DNA of 54,247 nucleotides from an uncultured virus (IMG/VR IMGVR_UViG_3300010345_000156) (lineage: Duplodnaviria; Heunggongvirae; Uroviricota; Caudoviricetes), in the IMG/VR virus record IMGVR_UViG_3300010345_000156; one strand, 5' to 3'. The notes under the pieces were generated by a model. The model was not told where the DNA came from. It was given only the letters and a program-made list of their open reading frames with translations, and ran no database searches. Positions 19,050 through 28,211 of this stretch are shown piece by piece (the first letter of the stretch is position 1; each line of letters starts with the position of its first letter). The position numbers and the translations under genes were made by a program.

Positions 19050-20290
19050 CTGTATAACATCAACCTATTTTTGATTTGGTTGTAGACACTTCATAGCTTG
19101 TGCAAAGGTTTTCAACAAGACGCAAATCTAATTGAATTCCTTTGTCTGATTTTTGCTCCATGTCCGATAAAGATTGAATGTTCTCCAACCTATAGTAAGA
19201 TCTTAAACCCTCGTAGAGGATATTGATTGCAGCACTTAGATCTCTGTTGTGTAAGTGCCCACATTCACATTGCCATTCTCTATCACTCAGAGAAAGGTCT
19301 TCTTTGATAAGCCCACAGAATCTACACATTTTTGAGGAAGGAAAGAACCTATCAATTTTCTGTAAAGTCTTTCCACGATTCTTGCATTTGTATTCGAGGA
19401 AAGAAACTAATTGACTCCATCCAGCATCTGAAATAGACTTTGATAATTTCTTGTTCTTCAATAATCCAGAGACATTTAAATTTTCTATTGAAATGAAATC
19501 AAAGTCTTTAGTTAATTCATGAGAGATTAAATGATTATTATGTTTTCTTTGGTTAGCAATTTTCTCGTGAGTTCTAGCTAATTTAATTCTATTTTTAATA
19601 TATCTTTTAGAACCTTTTACTTTCCTAGAAAGATGCTTTTGTAATCTTTTTATTCTTCTTTGAGACTTTCTTAAATACTTTTTAGTTTCAAATTCTTTTC
19701 CATTTGAAGCAACTACTAAAGTCTTTAATCCTAAATCTATTCCAATAGCGTTATTTGTTTTCTCAAAAATTTCTTCTTCAGTAGAAAATATTATTGAAAC
19801 AAAATATTTTCCAGATTTTGATTTAGAAACTGTACATGAGTAATATTTAACATTTGTAGGAATAATTCTATCAATTCCAATCTTGACTAAACCGATTTTT
19901 TCCAACCAAATTTTATTTTCACGAATTTGATATTTTTTATTTGGTAATTGATAAGATAATTGTTCTTTTTTGAATTGAGGTCTACCAAGTTTCTTCTTTC
20001 TTTTCTTATTGAAGAATTGTTTTAGAGTGTCTTGAAAGTTTCTTTCCATTTGTTGTAAAGCACCCGCAGAAGAATTTTTAAGGAATTCGAACTCTTGCTT
20101 TAATAATGTTGCAGTCTTATAAATTAATTTTTCGCCTTTTTTGTATGAATTGAAGATTTCTACATTTTTATTCCAGATAAATTTAACTGAACGAAAAGTC
20201 TCTTCAATTTTAGTTGATTGTTCTTTCGTGGGGTAAATTCTAAATTTGTAAGAATTCATTATCTTCATATAATTATTTATGCAAGCCATC
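19050..20290 (-). mobile_element. tnpB-only insertion element; ends approximate
   Basis: Inverted relative to all neighbouring genes. The ends could not be resolved by eye. Confidence 0.6.
19060..20268 (-). CDS. tnpB: RNA-guided nuclease TnpB (stand-alone, IS200/IS605 family)
   Basis: YKFRIYPT HTH, GIDLGL, SIENL, FPSSKMC..CG...CECG..HNRD.SAA. No tnpA nearby. Start follows CATAAATA. Confidence 0.93.
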   Translation of the reverse strand: MKIMNSYKFRIYPTKEQSTKIEETFRSVKFIWNKNVEIFNSYKKGEKLIYKTATLLKQEFEFLKNSSAGALQQMERNFQDTLKQFFNKKRKKKLGRPQFKKEQLSYQLPNKKYQIRENKIWLEKIGLVKIGIDRIIPTNVKYYSCTVSKSKSGKYFVSIIFSTEEEIFEKTNNAIGIDLGLKTLVVASNGKEFETKKYLRKSQRRIKRLQKHLSRKVKGSKRYIKNRIKLARTHEKIANQRKHNNHLISHELTKDFDFISIENLNVSGLLKNKKLSKSISDAGWSQLVSFLEYKCKNRGKTLQKIDRFFPSSKMCRFCGLIKEDLSLSDREWQCECGHLHNRDLSAAINILYEGLRSYYRLENIQSLSDMEQKSDKGIQLDLRLVENLCTSYEVSTTKSKIG

Positions 20291-20481
20291 TTTATAAAAT
20301 TTGGAAAACGAAATTAAATTTATCAAGAACCTTGACAAACCAAATTAAATTTATTATATATTCTTTTTAAGAAAGGTTGCTCAATGAAAACATTTAAGTT
20401 AATTAAAATGTCTATTGTAAAGATTCCTAATTTACAAGCAGAAGATGAATTTAATCAATTTTATGAAAGCTATAAGAGAAA

Positions 20482-20661
20482 ATGGAATCTTTAAAAAATA
20501 GATCATATTTTCTTGGATATTGTTTAACTGAATATGGTTTGCCAATTTTATCTGAATATAAACATCAAGATCAGATTTTAGTGAATGATATAGAGAATGA
20601 ATTTATGAAGATATTTTTAACTGGAAGATTAATAAATAAAATTTTTGGAGAATATTTATGA
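20482..20661 (+). CDS. Small D-x-x-N-x-h-h-K family protein (not in the ORF track)
   Basis: MESLKNRSYF...NDIENEFMKI; ATGA overlap with the next gene. Confidence 0.6.
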   Translation: MESLKNRSYFLGYCLTEYGLPILSEYKHQDQILVNDIENEFMKIFLTGRLINKIFGEYL

Positions 20662-20852
20662 AAGAAATTTGTACTTGTGACTGTCATAGATTTCCTTTAT
20701 TTCATCATCAAGGAAATTGTTGTAAAAATACTGGAAAGATTTATATTAAAGAAGATGGTGAAATTGATTTGGAAAAATACCATAAAATCAATAAAAAAGA
20801 ATCTGAAATTTGTCCTTGTTGTGGTGGTACCGGAAAGATTGATACAAATTGA
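20658..20852 (+). CDS. Small Cys-rich zinc-binding protein
   Basis: CTCDCH, CC and CPCCGGTG motifs. Confidence 0.6.
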   Translation: MKEICTCDCHRFPLFHHQGNCCKNTGKIYIKEDGEIDLEKYHKINKKESEICPCCGGTGKIDTN

Positions 20853-21846
20853 AACCAAAATATTTTCTAAGTTATGATCACGTTGTATATAATCACATAT
20901 TTCCACAATGTATGCAATTCAATTGTATAGGAGATTTAGAAAATATGTTTGTTAAAGAAATTCTGGATTATTATACTACAGGAACAAATTTATATTTTCA
21001 ATTAGATAAATTTACTAGAACGAATTTTGTGAGATGAAAAATAAACATAAATTTTGTAGATATTTTTATGATATAGATGATCAATATTTGTTTTTAAACT
21101 ATTCTAATAAAAATATATTAAATTTTGATGAAATTATTATTAACGACTTTGATAATAATTTCATATTAAATTATAATAAAACTCCTGGATTAAAATTTGT
21201 AGAGTTAGGTTTAGATTTGAAATTAGAGTGGGGTTCAGAAATAAGAAATTTTAAATCGGATCTTTTAATACATAAAATTTTAGGAATAACCGATGAGCTA
21301 TAAATCTATAACAACTTTTGATTATAAATTTGAAAAAGACAATGTAGGAGATTTATTACTATTAAAAGTTTATGCGGATTTGTTAGAAAATAAGTTAGGA
21401 GATTTTGTAGCATTTGATCTTAAAAATTATTTCTTAAAACAATATAGAAATTTTGATGAAAATATTTTAGAAATCGGATTAGAAATAGAAAATTACAGGT
21501 ATCTTTCTAGTAAGTCTAAAAGTTCTGGATATTTTGATTTGTACTATTACCGTCTGAATGGTAATAAAAGATGAACCTATTTGAATCTTTTGATTATAAT
21601 ATTAAAAATGATGGTATTGGTGATTATTTAAAATTAGTAATATCTTTAAATTATGATAATAAAATTTCTGGAAAATATCCTTTATTAGATTCGGATAATA
21701 TTATATTGAAAAATAAAAATGTACATACTGGAGATTTTATTTTGAAATTATTAGAAATTGATTATATGAAAAGATTGAAAACAAAAACTCAATATTGTGG
21801 GTTATATACAGTTTATGGTTACCGTCTGAATAGGAATAAAAAATGA
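20849..21846 (+). other. Four overlapping small ORFs of the D-x-x-N-x-h-h-K family (20849-21037, 21034-21303, 21293-21574, 21571-21846)
   Basis: Motifs DLENMFVK, DFDNNFILN, DLKNYFLK, DSDNIILK. The last two ORFs are close paralogues (FDY....D..GD.L.L...Y.YRLN.NK). Confidence 0.65.
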
Positions 21847-21848
21847 AC

Positions 21849-21891
21849 ATGAACATAATTCAGCAATTTAATGAACATAATTCAGCAATTT
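21849..21891 (+). repeat. 21-bp direct duplication of a gene start (ATGAACATAATTCAGCAATTT x2)
   Basis: Copies at 21849-21869 and 21871-21891. Confidence 0.9.
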
Positions 21892-21986
21892 GATGTAGAA
21901 ATTGTTGATGGTAAATTAATTATTATAGATTTTGATTACTATAAACCATGTAATAGTTCCTCAAAATATAGAAATTCACAGAAAAT

Positions 21987-23318
21987 CTAAAATTTGAGTT
22001 GTAGAGTTGTGACACTCTTAGACATTTTTAAACGTCTTGGGCTAACTACGAAGCCCTTTATCAAGTCCTCATCTGACCAAAGGTCAAACGCATTCGAGAT
22101 TCCTTTTCTTAGAATATTTCCACCACCATTGATGTCAGCATTCATTTTATAACCTTTCTCTGTTACGAACAATCCTCTAGTCTGTCGGTTTCCAACATAG
22201 GACTCGTGGTTGCAAATCTCTTCTTTGTCTAGGAAAGAACATTTAGAAGTATAAGATTCTTCGGTTGTTTCAAAAGTTCTTCCAGTTTTCTCCCACTTAT
22301 ATTTTAATATTTCTATAAATTTTGCATGTGGAATATTGATAAAGTTTTGATTTGTTTTCTTTCCAAGGTTCACTTCTTGTTTCCAACCAATGTTCTTTCC
22401 CACTATCAAGTGAGTAACACCAGCGGAAACTAATTGATTAGCAACCTCTTTCGTAACAGTGTGTAATAAATTCTTCAATCTGAAGCTACGCTTCCTACAT
22501 AACTTCTTAATCAATCTCTTTATTCTCTTCTTTCCTCTCTTTGTATTGTTCAAATCTAATTCACTTCTCAACTTCGATAGTCTCTTATTAAATAAAGCAT
22601 TCATAGATAATAATGGACCGCCAGGAACTAACAACTGTGAAAATTCTTTATTGTTAGTAGCTATCGCAGCTAAATTCTTAACACCTAAATCTATTCCAGC
22701 AGCATAGCCTTTGTCTACTTGAACCTTTTGTTTAATATCCAAATACTTTGTCATAATCAAGTAACCATCATTAAAAGGCAAAACAGAAACGTCTCTTAAA
22801 TTTGGGTCACAATGATAAGTAACTACTCCATCAGAATCTACAGACTCAAACAATCTAAGTTTAATCAAGAAATCTAAAGAAGAAAGTTTTAAAATATTTT
22901 CTCTTAACCAAGGAATAGAAATTGTCTGAATGTTGAAACTTACACCTTGTCTTCCAATCAATTTATCTTTATATCTAGGTGGTTTAGGGACACCTAAAAA
23001 TTTCTTAGGATTTTTTCTATATTCTTTAATTGAGGCGAAGAAAGATTTCCAGTTTTGATCAAGTTCTCTAAGAACCGCTTGAGCAAGTTTTGCCGGTAAT
23101 TTAGAGTAACAATCTGGACGTTCTGTCTGCAATTTCTTCTGAATCGAAATGTAATTCAAATATTTTTTGTTTTTGAGAAATTCTTGTCTTATAATGTAGT
23201 TTGCATAGTTTCTTAAATTCTTTGCATTCCAACATAGAGTGTCACAACTTGACCAAGCTGAGTTATTAGAATCGATAAAGTAACTATCTACTCTATAAGA
23301 ATTTGTATTTTTCTTCAT
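21987..23318 (-). CDS. tnpB: TnpB with rearranged RuvC-II
   Basis: GIDLGV (RuvC-I). LIVGKN has G in place of the canonical E, and EESYTSK supplies an alternative E. NADING (RuvC-III). Confidence 0.9.
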   Translation of the reverse strand: MKKNTNSYRVDSYFIDSNNSAWSSCDTLCWNAKNLRNYANYIIRQEFLKNKKYLNYISIQKKLQTERPDCYSKLPAKLAQAVLRELDQNWKSFFASIKEYRKNPKKFLGVPKPPRYKDKLIGRQGVSFNIQTISIPWLRENILKLSSLDFLIKLRLFESVDSDGVVTYHCDPNLRDVSVLPFNDGYLIMTKYLDIKQKVQVDKGYAAGIDLGVKNLAAIATNNKEFSQLLVPGGPLLSMNALFNKRLSKLRSELDLNNTKRGKKRIKRLIKKLCRKRSFRLKNLLHTVTKEVANQLVSAGVTHLIVGKNIGWKQEVNLGKKTNQNFINIPHAKFIEILKYKWEKTGRTFETTEESYTSKCSFLDKEEICNHESYVGNRQTRGLFVTEKGYKMNADINGGGNILRKGISNAFDLWSDEDLIKGFVVSPRRLKMSKSVTTLQLKF

Positions 23319-23872
23319 TTTATATTCAACTCTTGAATCAACTTTTCGGTCATTCTCTTTGTTCTGCGTCTTCCATATAATCTAGCAGTAAATGATGTTA
23401 CTATAGACACAAAATCTTGCATCAAATCTTTCTCATCCTCAACAACCTTGTTGATAACAACCAATTCACCATCCCACAAAGATTCAATGTAATTGAATCC
23501 AAACCTAGTGAGACTGTCTTTATGTTCTACAACAATTTTTGAAACTTTTTTATTTTTCAACAAAGACAACAATTTCTTTCGTTCATCATTCAAACCACTA
23601 CCACACTCTTCAACAACAATATCAACAACCCAACCATTTACGATGCAAAAATCTTGAACTCTCTTAGATTGGGAGTGCAAATTTCCTTTATTCTCACTGG
23701 AGGAAACTCTAGCATATGTAGCAACAAGACCCTTCGGGTCTTTTGTTCCATCAGGAACAATTACAGTGCCCGTCTGAGTGCGATACGCACCGGGAATCAT
23801 TCCTGATTTGAAATAATTCCAAGCAGTCTTATAACAAACTCCCAATTCTTTTGCATATGTACTTAACTTCAT
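23315..23872 (-). CDS. tnpA: IS607 transposase (HTH + serine recombinase)
   Basis: MKLSTYAKELGV.Y.TAW HTH, YARVSS catalytic Ser, GSGLN, EHKD-LTRFG, DFVSIVTSF.ARLYG.R. Confidence 0.93.
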   Translation of the reverse strand: MKLSTYAKELGVCYKTAWNYFKSGMIPGAYRTQTGTVIVPDGTKDPKGLVATYARVSSSENKGNLHSQSKRVQDFCIVNGWVVDIVVEECGSGLNDERKKLLSLLKNKKVSKIVVEHKDSLTRFGFNYIESLWDGELVVINKVVEDEKDLMQDFVSIVTSFTARLYGRRRTKRMTEKLIQELNIK

Positions 23873-23910
23873 ATAATTATTTATTAAATACTCTTAAAAA
23901 TTATTTCTCA

Positions 23911-23943
23911 ACTTTTCTATACTTTTCTATACTTTTCTATACT
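23911..23943 (-). repeat. IS607 left-end tandem repeats (ACTTTTCTAT x3)
   Basis: Three exact 10-mers upstream of tnpA. Confidence 0.85.
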
Positions 23944-24077
23944 AAATATAAAAGAATACTATACTTTAATTTATGATGCTACAAATTATATATTAAAATT
24001 TGATGAGTTTTCTAGAATGGATGATAGTTGGTTCGAAGTTTATTTTGATCTTAAGGTAAAATATATAAAAAATTATT

Positions 24078-24314
24078 ATGAAAGAGATTGTAGAAAAATT
24101 GAATATGAAATTAAAAAATGAAAATTATACTATTGAATTTGTAGAATATGATGATATCTTTAAATTTCCAATAATAACCAATTCATACCCAAACTACGAA
24201 CCTACTGAGATTTACATCATAGGAGACTCTGAAAATTTTCCACTAAAGTTAAAAATATATAGTTCTGAAATTAGAAAATTCCTAAATTCCAAATATTTTC
24301 TAAATCTCCCTTGA
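24078..24314 (+). CDS. Small protein, D-x-x-N family
   Basis: LKNENY and GDSENFPLK motifs. Confidence 0.55.
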   Translation: MKEIVEKLNMKLKNENYTIEFVEYDDIFKFPIITNSYPNYEPTEIYIIGDSENFPLKLKIYSSEIRKFLNSKYFLNLP

Positions 24315-24369
24315 CAAACGAGATTAAATTTACTATCTTAGAATCTCACTATTTAAGAAAGGTTGCTCA

Positions 24370-25410
24370 ATGAAAAAGTTTAAATTAATTGAAACAGATA
24401 CTGTAAAAATTCTTCGATCAGAAAATGCTAATTATAATTTCTGTAAAAAGTCGGGATATACAGAATTATGGGGTAGTACTAAAGATGAAGAGATTTTGTT
24501 TTCAGAAATTGGTCCATTTATTTTAGATATAGAAGTTTCGACAATTTGTAGTAGAAATTGTGGGCATTGCTACAAATTTAATACTAAAATTGGAAAAAAT
24601 ATGTCATATCAAACTTTTACTAAAATTTTTGATAACATAAATAAGACAAAAGTGTTATGTCAAATTGCTTTTGGAAGCGGGCAATATGCATCAGAAAATC
24701 CAGAAATTTTTGATATGATGAAATATTCTAGAGATAATGGTGTAATTCCAAATATTACTGTTGCAAAGATTTCTGATGAAGTTGCTGGAAGGTTATCTAA
24801 AGTTTGCGGAGCCGTTTCAGTATCGAGATATGTTAATAAAAATGATTGTTATGATAGTATTAAAAAGTTAACAGATCTTGGAATGAAGCAAGTAAACATT
24901 CATCAATTAGTATCTTTAGAAACCAAAGATATGATTTGGGAAACTTTAAATGATTACAAGAATGATCCAAGACTTTCCAAAATGAATGCTATTGTATTTC
25001 TAACATTGAAGAAGAAAGGTCGAGGAGAAACTTACCATAGTCTTCCAAAAGATGAATATGAAAAGATTATCAACTATGTTATGGAAAATAATATTCCAGT
25101 AGGATTTGATTCATGTGGTGCTGGAAAGTTTTTAAATGCTGTAAAAGATTATCCAAATTACGACAAGCTTTTAGAAATGTCTCAACCATGCGAATCTACA
25201 AGAGAAAGCTTTTATGTAGATGTTGATGGTAAAGCGTTTCCTTGTAGCTTCTGTCCAAATACCGAATCATTTTCAGAAGGTTTGGATGTAGTTAATTGTG
25301 AAAACTTTGTAGATGAAGTTTGGAATCACCCTAGAACAATAGCTTGGAGAAATAATTTACTAAAGACTAGAGATTCTGGATGTTTTGATTGTCCAGTATT
25401 TGAGATTTAA
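24370..25410 (+). CDS. Radical SAM enzyme with a C-terminal SPASM/twitch-like domain
   Basis: CSRNCGHC (CxxxCxxC); C-terminal PCES...G.AFPCSFC...CP. Own promoter at 24311. Confidence 0.9.
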   Translation: MKKFKLIETDTVKILRSENANYNFCKKSGYTELWGSTKDEEILFSEIGPFILDIEVSTICSRNCGHCYKFNTKIGKNMSYQTFTKIFDNINKTKVLCQIAFGSGQYASENPEIFDMMKYSRDNGVIPNITVAKISDEVAGRLSKVCGAVSVSRYVNKNDCYDSIKKLTDLGMKQVNIHQLVSLETKDMIWETLNDYKNDPRLSKMNAIVFLTLKKKGRGETYHSLPKDEYEKIINYVMENNIPVGFDSCGAGKFLNAVKDYPNYDKLLEMSQPCESTRESFYVDVDGKAFPCSFCPNTESFSEGLDVVNCENFVDEVWNHPRTIAWRNNLLKTRDSGCFDCPVFEI

Positions 25411-25428
25411 TTTAGAAAGGAAAATAAA

Positions 25429-25782
25429 ATGTCAAAAATTCGCACACAATTTGTATCCAATAGTTCATCAAGTTCTTTTTTAATTTATGGAGCACCTGTA
25501 GACCATTCGGATTTTGAGAAAGAAATTTATGAAAAGATTTTAGAGAAAGAAATCTCTGAAGACGAATATGAAGAATTCGATGATGATATTTTAGAAGAAG
25601 TTGCAGAAAAACTTGGCCTAGATTGCATTTATGGTTGTGATGGAAGATATTTAGGAAAGTCTTGGTGTAGTGTTGGTGATGAAGAAACTGGAAAGCAATT
25701 TAAAGAATCTATAGAAAATGCTTTAAAGAAACTTGATCCAGAAATTTCTTGTGATACTCATGAAGAATCCTGGTTTGATTGA
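25429..25782 (+). CDS. Acidic protein with an N-terminal KIR..FVSNSSSSSF motif
   Basis: MSKIRTQFVSNSSSSSF; GAAAGG RBS; immediately after the radical SAM gene. Confidence 0.75.
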   Translation: MSKIRTQFVSNSSSSSFLIYGAPVDHSDFEKEIYEKILEKEISEDEYEEFDDDILEEVAEKLGLDCIYGCDGRYLGKSWCSVGDEETGKQFKESIENALKKLDPEISCDTHEESWFD

Positions 25783-25990
25783 GTTAGAAAAATTTTGGAT
25801 AGCTTTTTATAATAGAGAAATTAATAATACATCTATCCAATATTTTAATATGATTAATTTTGATACATATATTGGTCGAGAGGTTTATATTCTAGAAGAT
25901 CCTTTAAACAATTTTAATAAGTTAAATTGGATGAATCTTATATATGAATCTATAGAAAGAAAAGATTACGCATTTATTTTAGAAAGGTGA
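25775..25990 (+). CDS. Small protein, D-x-x-N family (start uncertain)
   Basis: EDPLNNFNK motif. Confidence 0.5.
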   Translation: MIELEKFWIAFYNREINNTSIQYFNMINFDTYIGREVYILEDPLNNFNKLNWMNLIYESIERKDYAFILER

Positions 25991-25991
25991 T

Positions 25992-26168
25992 ATGTTACAA
26001 TTAAACAAAATATATAAAAACAAATCTGGAGAAATTGTTAATATAGTTTCTCTAGATGAGTCTGATAAAAATATTTTCTTAGATAATTTCGGAAGAAGTT
26101 ATCACAAAGATGGTAAATATTTCTGGAAAGAGTTTAACAAAGATGAAAGATATGATTTAGAATTATGA
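25992..26168 (+). CDS. 58-aa hypothetical protein (not in the ORF track)
   Basis: MLQLNKIYKNKSGEIV...YDLEL*; GAAAGG RBS; ATGA overlap with the next gene. Confidence 0.6.
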   Translation: MLQLNKIYKNKSGEIVNIVSLDESDKNIFLDNFGRSYHKDGKYFWKEFNKDERYDLEL

Positions 26169-26368
26169 AACATGAAGAGTTTGTATGTTATAATTTAGCA
26201 TCAAAATTTAACTATGTCGGAATCTATACAATTTTTTCTTTTTCTAGAGATCATAAAATATTTTTTGATCATTATAATATGTTTGTTAAAGACCGAAAAA
26301 ATTGTATATTTCTTTTTAGAGAAGATGCTAAAGAAATTTTAAAGGAACTAAATGCAAGAAACATTTGA
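26165..26368 (+). CDS. Small protein, D-x-x-N family
   Basis: FDHYNMFVK motif. Confidence 0.55.
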   Translation: MKHEEFVCYNLASKFNYVGIYTIFSFSRDHKIFFDHYNMFVKDRKNCIFLFREDAKEILKELNARNI

Positions 26369-26615
26369 TAAAATATATGAAATTTTAAATAAACAAATTC
26401 CAATAAAACCATGCCCTATATGTGGATCGGAAATATCTATCACAGAAAATGAATCAGATTCTCCTTGGATTTGGTTCACTTTTTGTTGTGATAATTCTGA
26501 TTGTGGATTTTCATATCATCCTAGTGACAATGATTTTTATCCAAAGACTTCTGATCAATTTCAAAAGAATTTAATCATTAATAATTGCATAGAACAAGTT
26601 AATAAAAGAGCTTGA
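26352..26615 (+). CDS. Lar-like zinc-ribbon protein
   Basis: IKPCPICG...C...CG pattern of the Lar restriction-alleviation family. Confidence 0.6.
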   Translation: MQETFDKIYEILNKQIPIKPCPICGSEISITENESDSPWIWFTFCCDNSDCGFSYHPSDNDFYPKTSDQFQKNLIINNCIEQVNKRA

Positions 26616-26662
26616 CAAACGAGATTAAAATTACTATCTTAGATTAATCAAGAAAGGCGAAC

Positions 26663-27463
26663 ATGTTCAAAACATTTTTAATATCTATTGTCACAGCATT
26701 ATCTTTAAACTTTTTTGCATATCAATTAAGTTTAGATTATTTGTGGTCAGTTGTTTTAGTATTTGGAGGGATGACTTTATTATTTTCTTCAAATGCTTTT
26801 AAAACATTTACAAAAGAAAATTGGAAACTCTTTTCTGGATTTTTTATTTTCTCAAACATTTGTACATTAATTGTAGAAATTGTTATGTTAAAGTTTGATG
26901 TTTGGGGATTTTCTAATAGAGTTCAGCAATTATCTGGATATACATTTTTATCATATCCTATAGAAGAATTTATCTATTGGGCTTTTTGTCCAGGGATTGT
27001 TGCTCTTTCTTATATGACTTTAGGAAAGAGATTTGATAAAGTTTTAGATGTTATTTCTTTTTCTAAACTTATATCAATGATTTCTAAAATTAAGTTTAAG
27101 AAAGATTCTAATATAAATTATACAAATGATAATGGGACTGGTAAATATAATTCTGGTAATAAATTTCCTGTATATATTTGGCTTCAGGTTTTAATTATTT
27201 CTTCTATAATTTATATGAGAAGATATTACAAAGGAAATTGGAAAGCTATGTTATATACAACTTTAATATTTTTCTTCACAGCTTTTCCAAATGAGTTGTA
27301 TGCAATTTCTCAAGGATTTTGGTTATATAATGATAATAAACTTTTAGGAATCTATTTCTTCAAAGTTCCTCTAGAAGGTTTTATGATGTATTTTGTTTCT
27401 CCAATTTGTGCTGCTATGATTCTAGATATTTCAAATCGTTTTTTCTTTAATAAGGATATTTAA
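26663..27463 (+). CDS. Membrane protein with two lycopene-cyclase (CrtYc/Yd-like) domains
   Basis: Two repeats of TM-TM-(G/D).W.(F/Y)....L.G..F...P(I/L)E(E/G)F. Own promoter at 26613. Confidence 0.7.
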   Translation: MFKTFLISIVTALSLNFFAYQLSLDYLWSVVLVFGGMTLLFSSNAFKTFTKENWKLFSGFFIFSNICTLIVEIVMLKFDVWGFSNRVQQLSGYTFLSYPIEEFIYWAFCPGIVALSYMTLGKRFDKVLDVISFSKLISMISKIKFKKDSNINYTNDNGTGKYNSGNKFPVYIWLQVLIISSIIYMRRYYKGNWKAMLYTTLIFFFTAFPNELYAISQGFWLYNDNKLLGIYFFKVPLEGFMMYFVSPICAAMILDISNRFFFNKDI

Positions 27464-28209
27464 TGAATTTTTCGGTCACACAGAATGGACAAGAGCTTTC
27501 CAAGAAGAAATACACTTGGGACGAATCTACAAAAACTTTTTCTACAAATGAAAATTTTCTAACGCTAGATTTCTCACAAATTGACGGAGTAACTTTCAAT
27601 ACTGGTTGGAATTGTACTTTCAATACTGGTGATAATTGTACTTTCAAAACTGGTTCTTATTGTACTTTCAATACTGGTTATTATTGTACTTTCAATACTG
27701 GTTCTAATTGTACTTTCAATACTGGTTATTATTGTACTTTCAATACTGGTGATAATTGTACTTTCAAAACTGGTTCTTATTGTACTTTCAATACTGGTTG
27801 GAATTGTACTTTCAAAACTGGTTCTTATTGTACTTTCAATACTGGTGATAATTGTACTTTCAAAACTGGTTCTTATTGTACTTTTGAAGTTGGTGAAAAG
27901 TGTTGTTTGCATTATCATTGGTATGGATGTTTTGAGGTTTACAAGTTAGAGTCGAACAAACTTGTAAAGATTCTTGAAAACGGTCAGTTAGAGAATTTGA
28001 AGGATATAGAGATTTTGAAGGTAGAGGATTTAGATAGATTAGTTTTACTTCATTCAAAAGATTTAAAGTTTTTATATTCAAATGAAAATAAAAAGTATCA
28101 AGAATTACTAGAAGCATTTCAATCAAAAAATGACACAAAACTCTTTATGCTAAATGATAACTCCGCCTTCGCCAACAACCTAATCAAAATATTTAAATTC
28201 AAAGGATAA
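27463..28209 (+). CDS. Beta-solenoid protein with 8-aa TF(N/K)TGxxC repeats
   Basis: 12 near-perfect repeats plus one degenerate repeat. Confidence 0.8.
   Translation: MNFSVTQNGQELSKKKYTWDESTKTFSTNENFLTLDFSQIDGVTFNTGWNCTFNTGDNCTFKTGSYCTFNTGYYCTFNTGSNCTFNTGYYCTFNTGDNCTFKTGSYCTFNTGWNCTFKTGSYCTFNTGDNCTFKTGSYCTFEVGEKCCLHYHWYGCFEVYKLESNKLVKILENGQLENLKDIEILKVEDLDRLVLLHSKDLKFLYSNENKKYQELLEAFQSKNDTKLFMLNDNSAFANNLIKIFKFKG
27592..27879 (+). repeat. 24-bp coding tandem repeat x12
   Basis: ACTTTCAA(T/A)ACTGGTnnnnATTGT units. Confidence 0.95.
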
Positions 28210-28211
28210 AA

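Larger units (their letters stand above)
21950..23960 (-). mobile_element. IS607-family insertion sequence (tnpA serine recombinase + tnpB)
   Basis: Overlapping tnpA-tnpB pair, 10-bp direct repeats near the left end, and ends defined by restoring the interrupted ORF. Confidence 0.9.
21871..24121 (+). pseudogene. D-x-x-N family gene split by the IS607 element
   Basis: MNIIQQFDVEIVDGKLIIIDFDYYKP (left) joins in frame to YTLIYDATNYILKFDEF... (right, from ~23960) once the element is removed. Confidence 0.65.

Noticed and set aside
27592..27879. 24-bp repeats as a CRISPR array
   Set aside because: There are no unique spacers. The units are contiguous, in frame, and encode an 8-aa protein repeat.
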